This document shows, one piece after another, positions 11,158 through 22,930 of a DNA stretch of 64,000 bases. The position numbers and the translations under genes are program-made. Below the pieces are notes generated by a model. The model had not been told where the DNA came from. It made no database searches and saw nothing but the letters and a program-made list of their open reading frames with translations. The stretch is from assembly GCA_951406725.2 (NCBI GenBank), contig OX597835.1, positions 50,158,001 through 50,222,000 of the forward strand, given 5' to 3'. Positions within the stretch are counted from its first letter, which is position 1, and each line of letters begins with the position of its first letter. Origin of the DNA: Octopus vulgaris (lineage: Eukaryota).

Positions 11158-14100
11158 TGTAGTGGTATCTGATATCCTCACTGTTTGAGAGACACAGCAG
11201 GAATGATCTCGTTTGAGATTACAGCCATCTTTGGCTGGGTTGTTCCTGTTGTGTCCACTGATCTGATTGGTTGACATGTGGCGCGGTTTGTCTCTCTACT
11301 TATTTCGTGCCACTATCCAATGCCAACCAATAATGGCCTTTCATTAAGGTCTCGTGACACCCTTTTTCCTAGGCTCTGTTGAGCCATCTTTCTTGTATAT
11401 AAAGGGTTGCTCTCAGTATACTTGGTCTTTGACTCCAGACCTTTGGAAGTATTAGTTGTATTGTCTACCGTGCCATTATTGGATTACTCTTGTTAAAAAC
11501 TTTTGTTATCACTGTGTAGGAACTGCCCGTGAGGGTAGGCCAAATTATGGCCAGCCCGGGAGGGACGGCAGACCTAATTGAGGCAAGACCGGAGAAAACG
11601 GCAAGCCGAGTTGTGGTAAGCCCAGGAAAAGCAGCAAACTGGAGACCTGGAGAAGTTTTTTGGCATGTCAAAATCCCTTAGTCATGCTAGGGGACCTTAA
11701 TGCTATAGTCGATGCGCGTGTCGACAGCGTTGGCTCTAAAGATAGGAAACCAAACATTGGCTTCCGGGATCTACTAAGTCGCTTTCCGCTGGTAGATCCC
11801 TACAGACTTGAATTCCCGAACGCTCCACAGTGGACGTGGTCAAATAGCGACGGGTCTGTCAGGTCCTGTATAGAAAGGATTCTCATTAGAAAAATAGATA
11901 AAGACATAGTTAAGTGTCCACAGCTTCACCCGGTCTGTTACAGTGATCACAAGATGGTCACTGGCAAACTGCTCCTAGATAAGTTATGTAGAAAGGGATC
12001 CGGTTACTGGAAACTCAATAAGTCCCTTTTGGCTATTGAGGATTTCAGAAGCCGGATTAAGTTATTAATTCAGAGGGTGTTAACTGGTTCCATTATTAAC
12101 AACAAATGGTGGTACACCCTCAAGCGAGCCATTAAATACGAGTCCATTAGATATAGCATAGGACTAGTCACTAGTGGGCGTAGAAAAGAAAAGGGGCTAG
12201 TTAAGGCCTTAGAGGAAGCCATGAGATCTGGCGATGGGGCCCAGGTTAGGCTGAAGAGACTGGAATTAAACCAGCACCTCGAAGCCAAACACATGGGTGG
12301 TATCGTCAGAGCTAGACTCCGCGCAATGGGGAGCGAGGGTATTAAAGCTGCCGGATGGGCACGAGTTGTGGAAGCTCAACGTGGAAACGATTCCACAATC
12401 AAGTCTGTGACGAACGAGCAAGGCGATGTGGTAACCGAACCAGAGAAGATGTGTCGGACGTTTCAGGAGCATTTCGCCCGGCTTTTCGGGAGCGACGGCG
12501 GGCCAGGTGAGAGGACAGACCTTACGGACCTCCTCGCCGGGCTACCGCGCCTCTTGGGGCAGGACGCGGAGAGCTGTGAAGGGTCAATCTTGCCTGAGGA
12601 GGTAGCTGACTGCGGCAGAGGTAAGGTGCCGGGAATTGATGGTTTACCCTATGAACTATATAAAAGTATGCCAGACTTGTTCGGGTACGTACTGGTCGGC
12701 GTTTTCGCGAACTGGCGGCAGAATGGGTTCATTCCCAGATCTGTGCACCGGGGAGTGGTGACGCTGATCAGGAAGGACCCGAGCAAGGGGGATAGAATAG
12801 ATAAATTCAGGCCCATCACCCTGCTGAATGCAGAGGTGAAGATTTTGGCCAAGGTGTTAGCGAAAAGGTTGATGCGTGTCGCGGATGGCCTAATCGGGGA
12901 AGCACAAACTTGTGCGGTCCCCGGAAGGACTATTCAGGATAATCTTCACCTTATACATTACACCGTAGAAGGGTTTGGGAACAATTTTGGCAAAGGTGGG
13001 GCACTGGTTCATTTAGACCAGAGTAAAGCTTTTGATAGGGTGAACCATCGGTGTCTGTGCTTGCACAGTTCGGTCTAGGCATTGGTTTTCTCAGGTGGAT
13101 TATACAGTTGTATGACATCGACTCAATCGTTTGGATGAATGGCTTCCTTTCGGAGCCGTTCCGCATCAAACGGTCAGTTCGTCAAGGGTGTCCGCTCTCC
13201 CCGCTTTTATATGTGATGGCTCTCGAGCCATTACTGCGAAAGCTGAGCGCCATCCCGACGAATCCAGGAGGTGGAGGATCTGTTACAGCGTATGCGGACG
13301 ACATCACCATCATCGTGACCAAGGTGGAACTCCTACAGAATGTGGGAGATACCATCAAGGCTTACGAGACAGTGACAGGAGCAAAAATTAATCGGGAAAA
13401 GTCAGTCGGCTTGCAACTCGGCACCTGGAGGGGCAAGTCGATGCCTTCGAATAGCATCGTGGGATGCTGGACGGAGGGTCCGGTTAAGCTGCTAGGGATC
13501 TGGTTTGGTCCAGATCTCCAGATAGAAAAGAACTGGTCTGAGGTGGCGAGCAAGATGGCTTACACGGTCGAAACTTGGTCTTGGTGGTGGCTATCCTTGA
13601 AAGGGAGGGCAGAGGTAGCCAATGTGTTTATAGCATCGGTCATCATTTACCGCCTAACTGTCGTTCCTTGTCCGGATTCATGGTTGAGCAAGATGGAGAG
13701 GCAAATCTTTCGCTTTCTGTGGAAGGGCTCCGCTCCTCTTGTGAGACATTCTATTTGCTGTCAGAAGCCATTAAAGGGTGGGTTAGGGATGCCTTGGCTG
13801 TTGATGTGCAAACATGCGCTGAGGTTGAGGCATCCCTGGCTCTACCTGGATGGTGAACGGGTGTGGTCCCTGCTCGCAAGACAGATGTTTCCCAGCTTTG
13901 CCAGTTTTAGTGGTAGAGAAACCTGGTTTCGTCGTAGACTTATTGTCGAGTATGTGGTATTCAGAGTGCCGTAAAGCCCTCTTCCACTTCCGCAAGTCGG
14001 GCAATGCCGGTGGCTTTGGTACCACCGCAGCTTTTTATAGTAGGTTGGTAGAGGCCAGAAATGACGATGCCCTGGGAAGGACCTTGGGTCTCGATAATAA

Positions 14101-15493
14101 TCAGTTAGATAGCCTGTTCCAAAGGACATTCGGACCGAGGACGCTGAATAACTTTCAGAAGTCTTTGGCCTGGCAATGTTACAGAGGAGCCTTACCCGTT
14201 CGGGATAAGCTCACATGACATGGTCATGGTGGACCATCAAACTGTCCAAGATGCGAGCGGGATGTGGAAACAGTCCTGCACACTATTGTTCAGTGCCCGG
14301 AAATTTCGGACGTGTGGGTTTATGCAGAACACCTGTTGTCGGACGGAAGAAGAGTACAGCTGTCGACTGAGTCAATTTTAAAAATTGACTCGCCTGGTTT
14401 CTTGACAAACGAAGGTAAGCATTGTTTTCTCGTGATAGTAGCAGTCGCGAAAGAGGTTATTTGGAAGACCAGAATGAAAGGTGTAGGGACAGACACCATG
14501 ATCTCTGGCCTCGCCTTGGTGAACTGCTTTAAGTTTCATCTAAAAAGAAAGGTGGAGTTAGAGAAAAGGTGTCTGTCAGAGTGCAAGTTTCGAAAAAGAT
14601 GGAAGCGTGTTGCACGGATGCTGGGCATGAAAGACACTGCATGAACACGCTATAAGTCATCTACCAAGGTTTCAGTGGAAAAACAGGGCTCGTGGGGTCG
14701 GCAATCCTGTTTTTCTACTTCATGTGTCCTTTTCGTGTTTTGTTTTGTCAATGTGTATCATTTGATTTCCGATTTTATTGTAATTTTAAGCGTCATTTAA
14801 TGTTTTATACCATAGTTTTCACATGACCCCAATCATGTTGTACTGTCCCCCTCTATGTTGGCCCTTTATGGGTAATAAAGAAATTCTTTACTCCAGACCT
14901 TCTAAGGTCTAGTCACTGACCAGCATCGTGCTCATCTATGTTCCAGTTTCCAGCGACAGACGACAGCCAGTCACCACGTATAACAGTCATTCCATATGAA
15001 GAAATTCTGTATTAAGAGAACTCAGCTCAGCGTTGAGACTACAACTGCGGCACGACATATTCGCCCAACCGGTCTCCGCCTCATCTTGTTATAGAACTCT
15101 TGCATATCGTGTACCTTACGAACTGGTAATCCAAATTCCATCTTTAACTCTATGCTGAGACTTTCATTTCATGCTCTGTATTTCTGTGCCATACGCATTC
15201 ACCTTATTTGTATCTGTCACACACCTGAACACACAGACACAAACACTTGTTGCATGCACACATACACAACACTTGCTAAGCACATCTTAACACTATCACT
15301 TTAACACGTTATTAATAAAATCTTATCTTCTCTCAAACACCGGAACGCCTTGTCCTCATTCATTTGTATTCTGTTGGCACTGTATTGTGTAAATTGTATT
15401 ATGACTTATCTTATTTCGTTAGGGATGCGACCATGTGGCTTACAAGAGGAGACCTATGTCACCAACCTCCTCATATACGGTTGTATTCCTACA
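11158..15493 (+). mobile_element. 5' LTR (~880 bp net, TGTAG...CTACA) of a non-autonomous LTR element, interrupted by a LINE
   Basis: 11158-11443 matches 15662 onward; the LTR resumes after the LINE at 14890; TATA 11396-11403, AATAAA ~15314; ends CTACA followed by a PBS. Confidence 0.8.
11444..14889 (+). mobile_element. Tx1/L1-clade non-LTR retrotransposon, disrupted ORF2 (APE C-terminus, RT, C-terminal Zn finger)
   Basis: Motifs LGDLN, SDH, GYWKLN, PGIDG, RPITLLN, LDQSKAFDRV, VRQGCPLSPLLY, YADD, CPRC..ETVLH..CP; two frameshifts and a stop; 12-bp TSD ACTCCAGACCTT at 11432-11443 and 14890-14901. Confidence 0.92.
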
Positions 15494-15494
15494 T

Positions 15495-15510
15495 TGGTGA
15501 CCCGCCGTTT
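15495..15510 (+). other. Primer-binding site, tRNA-Trp-like (TGGTGACCC...)
   Basis: Directly after the LTR end; complementary to the GGGUCACCA 3' end of tRNA-Trp. Confidence 0.65.
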
Positions 15511-15661
15511 TCAAACACACAGCCATTATTATTTCTGAGGGGCCTTACGTTCACTCGTGACCTAGTGCCAGTTGATTTGACCAACCGTTCGGATATCATC
15601 TTCGCTTCCATTTTTTTTATTGCCTTTTTTTGTCTACGACAAAACGTCTGACGTGGGGCTC

Positions 15662-16010
15662 TGTAGCGGTATCTGATATCCTCACTGTTTGAGAGACACA
15701 ACAGGAATGATCTCGTTTAAGATTACAGCCATCTTTGGCTGGGTTGTTCCTGTTGTGTCCACTGATCTGATTGGTTGACATGTGGCGCGGTTTGTCTCTA
15801 CTTCCTATTTCACGCCAGAGTGAGAAGCCAACCAACCACGGCCTTCGGATAAGGCCTGCGTCTTGATGCCCTTCTTTGAGCCTATCACAGGCTATAAATA
15901 GGCTTGCATTTTCACCATTCTTCGTCTTTCGACTTCAGACCTTTTGAGGTCTAGTCACTGACCACAGAGCTACTCAACATGTTCCAGTTTCAACGACAGA
16001 CGACCAGCTC
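15662..16010 (+). mobile_element. 3' LTR, truncated
   Basis: Starts TGTAG after a G-rich GTGGGG tract; near-identical to 11158-11300 and similar to 14890-14965; ends at a SINE fragment. Confidence 0.75.
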
Positions 16011-16286
16011 CTCGTTAGCAGCATTTTGTCTGTCTTCACGTTCTGAGTTCAAATTCCACCGAGGTCAACTTTACCTTTCATCCTTTCAGGGTCAATGAAA
16101 TAAGTACCAGTTATGCACTGGGGTTGATGTAATCGACTAACCCCCTTCTCCCCCAAATTTTCAAGGCTTCGTGTCTAGAGTAGAAATAATAATAATGATA
16201 ATAATAATAATAATAATAATAATAATAGTAATAGTAATAATAATTACAACAAAAACAACACTATTATTATTATTATTATTATTATT

Positions 16287-16960
16287 CAGTAGTTTTATTT
16301 TTATAGCGTGCTTTCACTTCACTACCGAGCGCAGCTCTGTGTGCCTTGGGTATGTCCTGTGATTTGTTGTGATGCTCTGATGCTCTGATGGTTATTGTAT
16401 GGAAAGTGTTCTGTGTAGGATGTGTGCAGTGCCTAGTAGTGCAATTTTCTGTATGTTATATGTGTTTGTAAGTCCTGGTGTTTTTGTTATGTATTTGTCT
16501 GAATATTTTTTATCATGCCTAATGCACCTACTATAATAGGAATTGTTTCTGTTTTTAGATTCCACATTCTGGTTACCTCTATTTCCAGGTCTTTGTATTT
16601 TGAGAGTTTCTCCATTTCTTTTAGAGGCACGTTGTCATCTGCCGGTATTGATACATCAATAGAAAGCATTTTTTTCTCTTCATGATCTCTGACAACTATA
16701 TCTGGTCTGTTGGCCTTAATTTCTCTATCTGTGTGTATCGGCATATCCCAGAGTATGGTTGCTTTCTCGTTTTCTGTGACCTTTTCTGGTGTGTGCCTAT
16801 ACCATCTTTTTTCTGTTGTTATTCCATAATGTTGGCATAGCTTCCAGTGTATGTAGGTCCCGACTCTGTCATGTCTGTGAATATATTCCTTCTTAGCCAG
16901 GATTGGGCAGCCAGAGATAATATGATTTATTGTTTCTTGTCCATTTCCACATATTCTGCA
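16287..16960 (-). mobile_element. R4/Dong-like RLE non-LTR retrotransposon 3' fragment
   Basis: HIISGC..HRHD..WDMPIHTDREIKANRPDIVV..IDVSIP..EKLSKYKDL (restriction-like endonuclease); 3' end runs into (AAT)n. Confidence 0.8.
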
Positions 16961-17013
16961 GTTACTTGTTATATTTCTTTTAATTACATGTTTTTGGTAA
17001 TTTCTGGTGGGGA

Positions 17014-17348
<335 letters not shown>

Positions 17349-17944
17349 AAGATGGTGAGCTGGCAGAATCGTTAGCATGCCAGGTGAAATGCTTAATGGC
17401 ATTTCATCTGTTTTCATGTTCTGAATTCAAATTCTGCAGAGGTTGACTTTACCTTTCATCCTTTCGGTTGTCAATAAATTAAGTACCAGTGAAACACTGG
17501 GGTTGATGTAATTGACTAGTCCCCTCCCACCAAATTTCTGGTCTTGTGCCTTTAGTAGAAAGGATTATTATTGTTGTTGTTGTTATTCTAGAAGACTCTT
17601 GGATAGTTCTTAATTACCAGTTATTCTTTACTTGAAAGCAGGCAATAACAAGTCACCAAAGGTTTCAAGTAGTGCCTTCTTTTATTTAAGTCCAATATCT
17701 AAAGTCCATTTTAAATGGACATAGTTTATTTTCATATATAACATATAAACACGTACATCTTTTAGAAAATTGTCATTTCATAAGATTTTGTTGGCAAAGT
17801 TTTAAATTAACGCAAACATTTATTTACAAGAAAGAAAATCACCAGGGCACCCTCAACCAACTCCTCCAAATCCTTCTGTCAAAACTGTATTGAAACTATT
17901 TGTAGGGAATTTTTTTTATCACAGCAACTGGTCACATACCATAA

Positions 17945-18620
17945 GGTTTAACAGAACCTACTGAACCAAGCCAGCACACTCGCAGCATTACCAAGGACAA
18001 TGGTGAGGCTAAGGCGTTGGGAAAGCCAAGCACCTTCACGGGCATCACCTGACGCCTCGGTGAGGTTAGCTGCCAATTTTGACAAGAATTTTGTGGTTAG
18101 TGACCCAGTCCCTTCGAATGTCTCAAATGCCACAGGTTGGAAGAGATAGCTCACTGTCAGGTCCCAATACTTCAGGGTTTTCTTCCATTCAATTACGGAA
18201 GCAGTGGCCCTTCCATAACTGCAGCATCAAGGATGTGGGAGGGAGAAAAGGAGTTGCAGACTGTGGTATCCAAATGAGGCACCTACCTCTAACCCAGGGA
18301 CAGAGGGTAAGACCATCTGGTCTCTTTCCGTCACTTCTGGATAACCCCAATGGCTCCAAAACTGAGGAGATATTAATCTGAGCCAGGGCCTGCTTAATGA
18401 ATAAGTTTAGCTTGGTGTGATGAGCGAAGCAACCAGCATTTAGATGGCAAGACAGACTGTGAAGACCTGTGGGGTCAAGGGTCCTACCATAGTGACATCT
18501 CAGTCCCCTACAGACATCAGCTCCCACTGAGTGCAATGGAGATGCCGAGTTCATCTAAACTGAGTAGACCTCCAATGTTGGCCACATGTAGGGCATCAAT
18601 CCAGTCCCCTGAGAATTTTG
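17945..18620 (-). mobile_element. CRE-like RLE non-LTR retrotransposon fragment
   Basis: GLHSLSC..HH, LEPLGLSRSDGKRPDGLTLCPW..G..LIW, FQPVAFET, LSQRLSL..GNAASV motifs. Confidence 0.75.
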
Positions 18621-18622
18621 CC

Positions 18623-19373
18623 CAGGATGAGGTGGTGAAGCATGACCTTCGAACATTGGGCCTTATCGAGGCAATGACTAGTGACCGAGACCTTTGGAAA
18701 TATGCTGCACTTGAGAAGACCTAACAAGCCAAATGAGACCATAGCCTGTGGCCTATGCCAATTGGGTGTAACCAGCCCACTTATGAACCCCTCGTTCATT
18801 GGACAATAAACTTTGCTTGCAAAGACCTGTTGAGGCAAGTGAAATCAAAATTAAAAATCAAAATCAAAATTGCTGATGTGGCCAATGACAGTACCACTTG
18901 ATTGGCACTCATGCTAGAGGAACGTTCAAAGCACATCCAAGCGTGGTTGTTGCCAGGGCCACGGATTGGCTCCCCTGCTGGCAGCACGTAAAAAGCACCA
19001 TTTGAACGTGATCGTTGCCAGTGTCATCTTACTGGCACATGTGCCAGTGGCACGTGAGAAACAACATTTGAGCCTGGTTGTTGCCAGTGATTCCGGACTG
19101 GCTTCTGTGCAGGAAGCATGTAAAAAACACCTTTTGAGCATGGTTGATGCCAGAACCGCCTGACTGGCCCTTGTACCAGTGGCACGCAAAAGCACCCACT
19201 ACACTCTCGGAGTGGTTGGCGTTAGAAAGGGCATCCAGCTGTAGAACCTTTGCCAAATCAGATTGGAGCCTGGTGCAGCCTTCTGGCTCGCCAATCCTCA
19301 TTCAAACCGTCCAACCCATGTCAACATAGAAAGTGGACGTTAAACGACGACTACGATGATGATGATGATGATG
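18623..19373 (+). mobile_element. RTE LINE 3' end (end of ORF plus 3' UTR)
   Basis: DEVVKHDLRTLGL...DRDLW; matches 26285-26968; (GAT)n tail. Confidence 0.85.
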
Positions 19374-20057
19374 AAAGTAGATGATACCTTGAGAATTGAT
19401 CAGATTTATCAAAGAGAGAGTTGAAAGTGGCACCTGAATGCAGCTTGTCCCACACTCATGTTGTAATAAAATAAGTCACAGGAAAATGTGATTATGAATT
19501 GCTGACGCAGTTTTTCTTTTTGTTTGTTTTATTAAGATATCGAATGAAATTAAACAGTGGCATAGCACGGGTTTCCCTTCCCTCGGGACACAGAAATTAC
19601 TATGTACGTTATCTTAATCAACAAGCATGAAAGGCCAAAGGAAATGTTGCAATCCTTTATTTACACCCGTGCCTGGTAGGGTGTGGCTGTTCGCACCCTC
19701 AACGACTCTTCATCTTAAATATTGTGTTACTGTTGTGCACAAGTCACGTATTGTCAGATAATAAGTATGTTCTACATTATTGCTTATGATATTTAAATAA
19801 AACATGACATTTTCCCCTGTAACTTTATTTCTGTTCACCGAAAATTCATGTTGGAACTTGTCATCCTGGAGGACGTAGCTTCAACAAATGATTTTTCCGT
19901 CGTTAAAAGTTTACAATAATAACGATAATGATCAGCATTAACCACAATAATAATTTAACAATTGAGTTGAAAGAGAACTATACCATGTTATTTAAGAAAT
20001 ATCATACTAATCTATTAATAATTCTCTGTTAAGAGAGAGTAATTTTCAAATAAATCC

Positions 20058-20072
20058 GTATCTAAGGACAAC
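20058..20072 (+). promoter_or_regulatory. Candidate RFX X-box (GTATCTAAGGACAAC) upstream of DNAAF5
   Basis: Imperfect X-box-like palindrome 55-70 nt before the ATG of a motile-cilia gene. Confidence 0.35.
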
Positions 20073-20127
20073 AAACTCTTTAGCAAAGTGAGGTAGAAAG
20101 TCTACCGAACAACACACAAGAAACATC

Positions 20128-20746
20128 ATGGCGGTCGTGGAGGAGAGTTTGCCGAACTTGGCCCGGAATATCAACTTTTTGAATGAAAGTAACAAGATGA
20201 TTCGCAGGAAAGCGCTGCAAGACATCAGTAAAGACATAAACAAACGAAAGCCGGATCTGGAAAGCTCAGACTTACAAAGGATTTTTAACGAACTTCTTAA
20301 ACCTTTGTTGAAAGAATTCAGCGATCCTGCCGAGAGTTGTCGCGAACAAGCCATAGAGTTGATGAGTGAATTGTTAACAATAGTCCCCGGACAGTGTGAA
20401 TATTTACCTTACTTAATACCTGTTTTGGTCCAGAGATTAGGACAGCAAGAAATCATCGAGAATTCAGAAGAAGTTCGTTTGATTCTCGTTCGATTATTAA
20501 TCAAAGCAATGGAACTGAATGGAAAGAAGATCGAAGCTTACCTAAATGATGTGATAAAGATTTTACAAAGAACCATTGTAGATAATTATCCTCAAATAAA
20601 AAAAAATAGTTGTATGGCTGCTTCGTTATTGGCAAAGACTGTTCCTGATGTTTTCCATATGCAATCGGAGTCTTTGATTAATCCTCTCTTACAGAATCTT
20701 ACTCATCAACATTCAAAGGTGCGTGTCTGTGTTTTAGAAGCAATCG
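20128..20746 (+). CDS. DNAAF5: Dynein axonemal assembly factor 5 (HEAT-repeat) exon 1
   Basis: ATG 20128, donor G|gtaagt; motifs DPAESCRE, PVLVQRLG, ENSEEVRL, HQHSKVR. Confidence 0.93.
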
Positions 20747-21064
20747 GTAAGTGTACTTTCATATTGGTTAATACAAATATATTTATACTGCCCGTTATTA
20801 GAGTGCGTTTTTATTATTTCTGTTATATCGGTATAAGTAAGGTGTTAAAAAAAGGGGGACCGTCTTGTTAGGCAAAAAACCAACCGACAGACGCTGGTGG
20901 TTGCAGCTTGTTTGAGTGTTCGACTCTCGTCACTCCTGTTTTTCGGTGCTTCGTTCCATTCCTATCCTTGTCCAAGCACTCTGCATTCGTCCTCTTTCCA
21001 CATCATCCCCTCTGTGCTTTGCATTCAAACACCATCCTTAACAACTCATTCAACCCTCGCTCTC

Positions 21065-21112
<48 letters not shown>

Positions 21113-22607
21113 GCTCTCTCCTTCTCTCAAATAAACATCATTGGAAGGCCATTATCATGACAATGGTCAAAGGTGGAATATGGTAAATTGTTTAAATGAT
21201 TAAAAAAACAAAATGCTTTCTCTCTTTCTCCTCCACCACTCTCTGGAAGCATCTGCGAGTGTCACACGTGTCTATCTTTAACCCCTACCCCTAGCAATGA
21301 ATCTTTGGGAGACCACTCAGCACTTGGTCACTTAATGACACTAATGTGCACAAGAAAAAATATCTTCTCTTTTACAATAATTCTCTGCTTCTGTGTCTGG
21401 TCAAAGAAATTCAGTATTTTGTACTTCATAAATTTGTGGATAAGGTCAAGTATTAAGCTGTTTAAATGAGTGAGTTTGGTCAGTACTGCTTGAGTAGACT
21501 AACATTTACTAACAACCCACATATCCAGCATCTTGGATTTACTTTGTTTATCCAGCTTATTTATTCCATCAATGACTGGGATGGAGACAGATACAACAGA
21601 GGACCAAAATGTCTTGTCCTATCTTGCATTCATGCTTGGGCTGTGTAAACACCTATGCTGGTGGTACGTAAAAATCACCCAGCACACTCTGCAAAGTGGT
21701 TAACATTAGGAAGGGCATCCATGCCACAACAGACCATTTAGAGTCTGAACTGCTGACCAGCTTTTGTCAACCATCCAATCCATGCCAGCATAGAAAACAG
21801 ATGTTAAATGATGATGATGACAACAGGTTAGACTGTTGGAAAAGAAATATCTCTAACATTGGGCTACAACAAGTAACCTTAGATGCTAAGAACCTTCCTA
21901 AATATCGTAGATGTCCCTAATAATTCTGTTTCCCAGAGCTGCACTAAATTAGTGTTATGCCTGTTTCTTCTATCCGTCTGTTCAAATCTTTAGGGATGGT
22001 TCCCATAACTACAGAGATACATTTTACTTTAATTTTTCAAAGCCTCTGTAACTCAGTGGCTTGGTCTGGTTCTTTGCTATTTTTCTCTATACTTATATTG
22101 ACTTTTGCCTCATGTGGGACTGTAAAGTCAATTACCTTGCACTTTCTATTCTCTTTGTCTATCATCATCATCATTCAATTCTGTTTCCATTTCTTGCTGG
22201 GTGTCTTCCTGCTGAGTTGTTGTTGTTGTCGCTTTACTTCTCAGAATGTTCAGTCTAGTTTGTTCCAGTAGATTCTGTGAAAGCAACAGCAGCCTGCTGT
22301 CAGAGATCTCACAGGGTCTCTTTCTGCACCTTATCATCATCTTGGTCCATTTAGTTCTGGCAACTGTAAAATGATGACTGGGCCTGTGCTGCTCACCTGC
22401 AGGGCATCTGCTGCACAAAAGTCTGTCACCTGTTGTTCGGTCCTCATTTATACCATTGTTTGTGTTATTTTATTATCCATTACTCTCATGCAGTGGGAAG
22501 TGTTGATAAGGTGTCACACCCACCAGTATTTTTATCAGGACACCATCTCTAGAGGGGTTTGTCTAAAAAGACTCAAAAAGGCCCTTCTTCCCTTGGAAGT
22601 TTAGGCC

Positions 22608-22662
<55 letters not shown>

Positions 22663-22687
22663 ATTATTATCATTATTCTTTCTCTAG

Positions 22688-22930
22688 GTGATGTTATCCA
22701 AAATGGTAATGGCAAAAGTGTTGATGATGTCAGATCGCACTTGGCTCAACGTCTTTTTGACCAGGTTCCTGCTGTCAGAGCTGCTGTCACAAACGTTGTT
22801 GGCAACTGGCTTCTATACTTGCTAGATCGATATTCCTACCATCACAAACTTATCCCGTTGCTGTTGACAAGTATCAATGACAGCCAGCCCTCAATACAAG
22901 AATCAGCCCTTGCTTTTTGGCATGATATAG
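22688..22930 (+). CDS. DNAAF5: DNAAF5 exon 2
   Basis: [19 protein letters not shown]...[14 protein letters not shown], close to vertebrate DNAAF5; ag/gt sites, phase 1-1. Confidence 0.95.

Noticed and set aside
11430-11439. Tx1 target site resembling the tRNA-Trp anticodon loop (TGACTCCAGA)
   Set aside because: Only ~10 nt, not conserved in the second LTR, and no tRNA fold; likely chance
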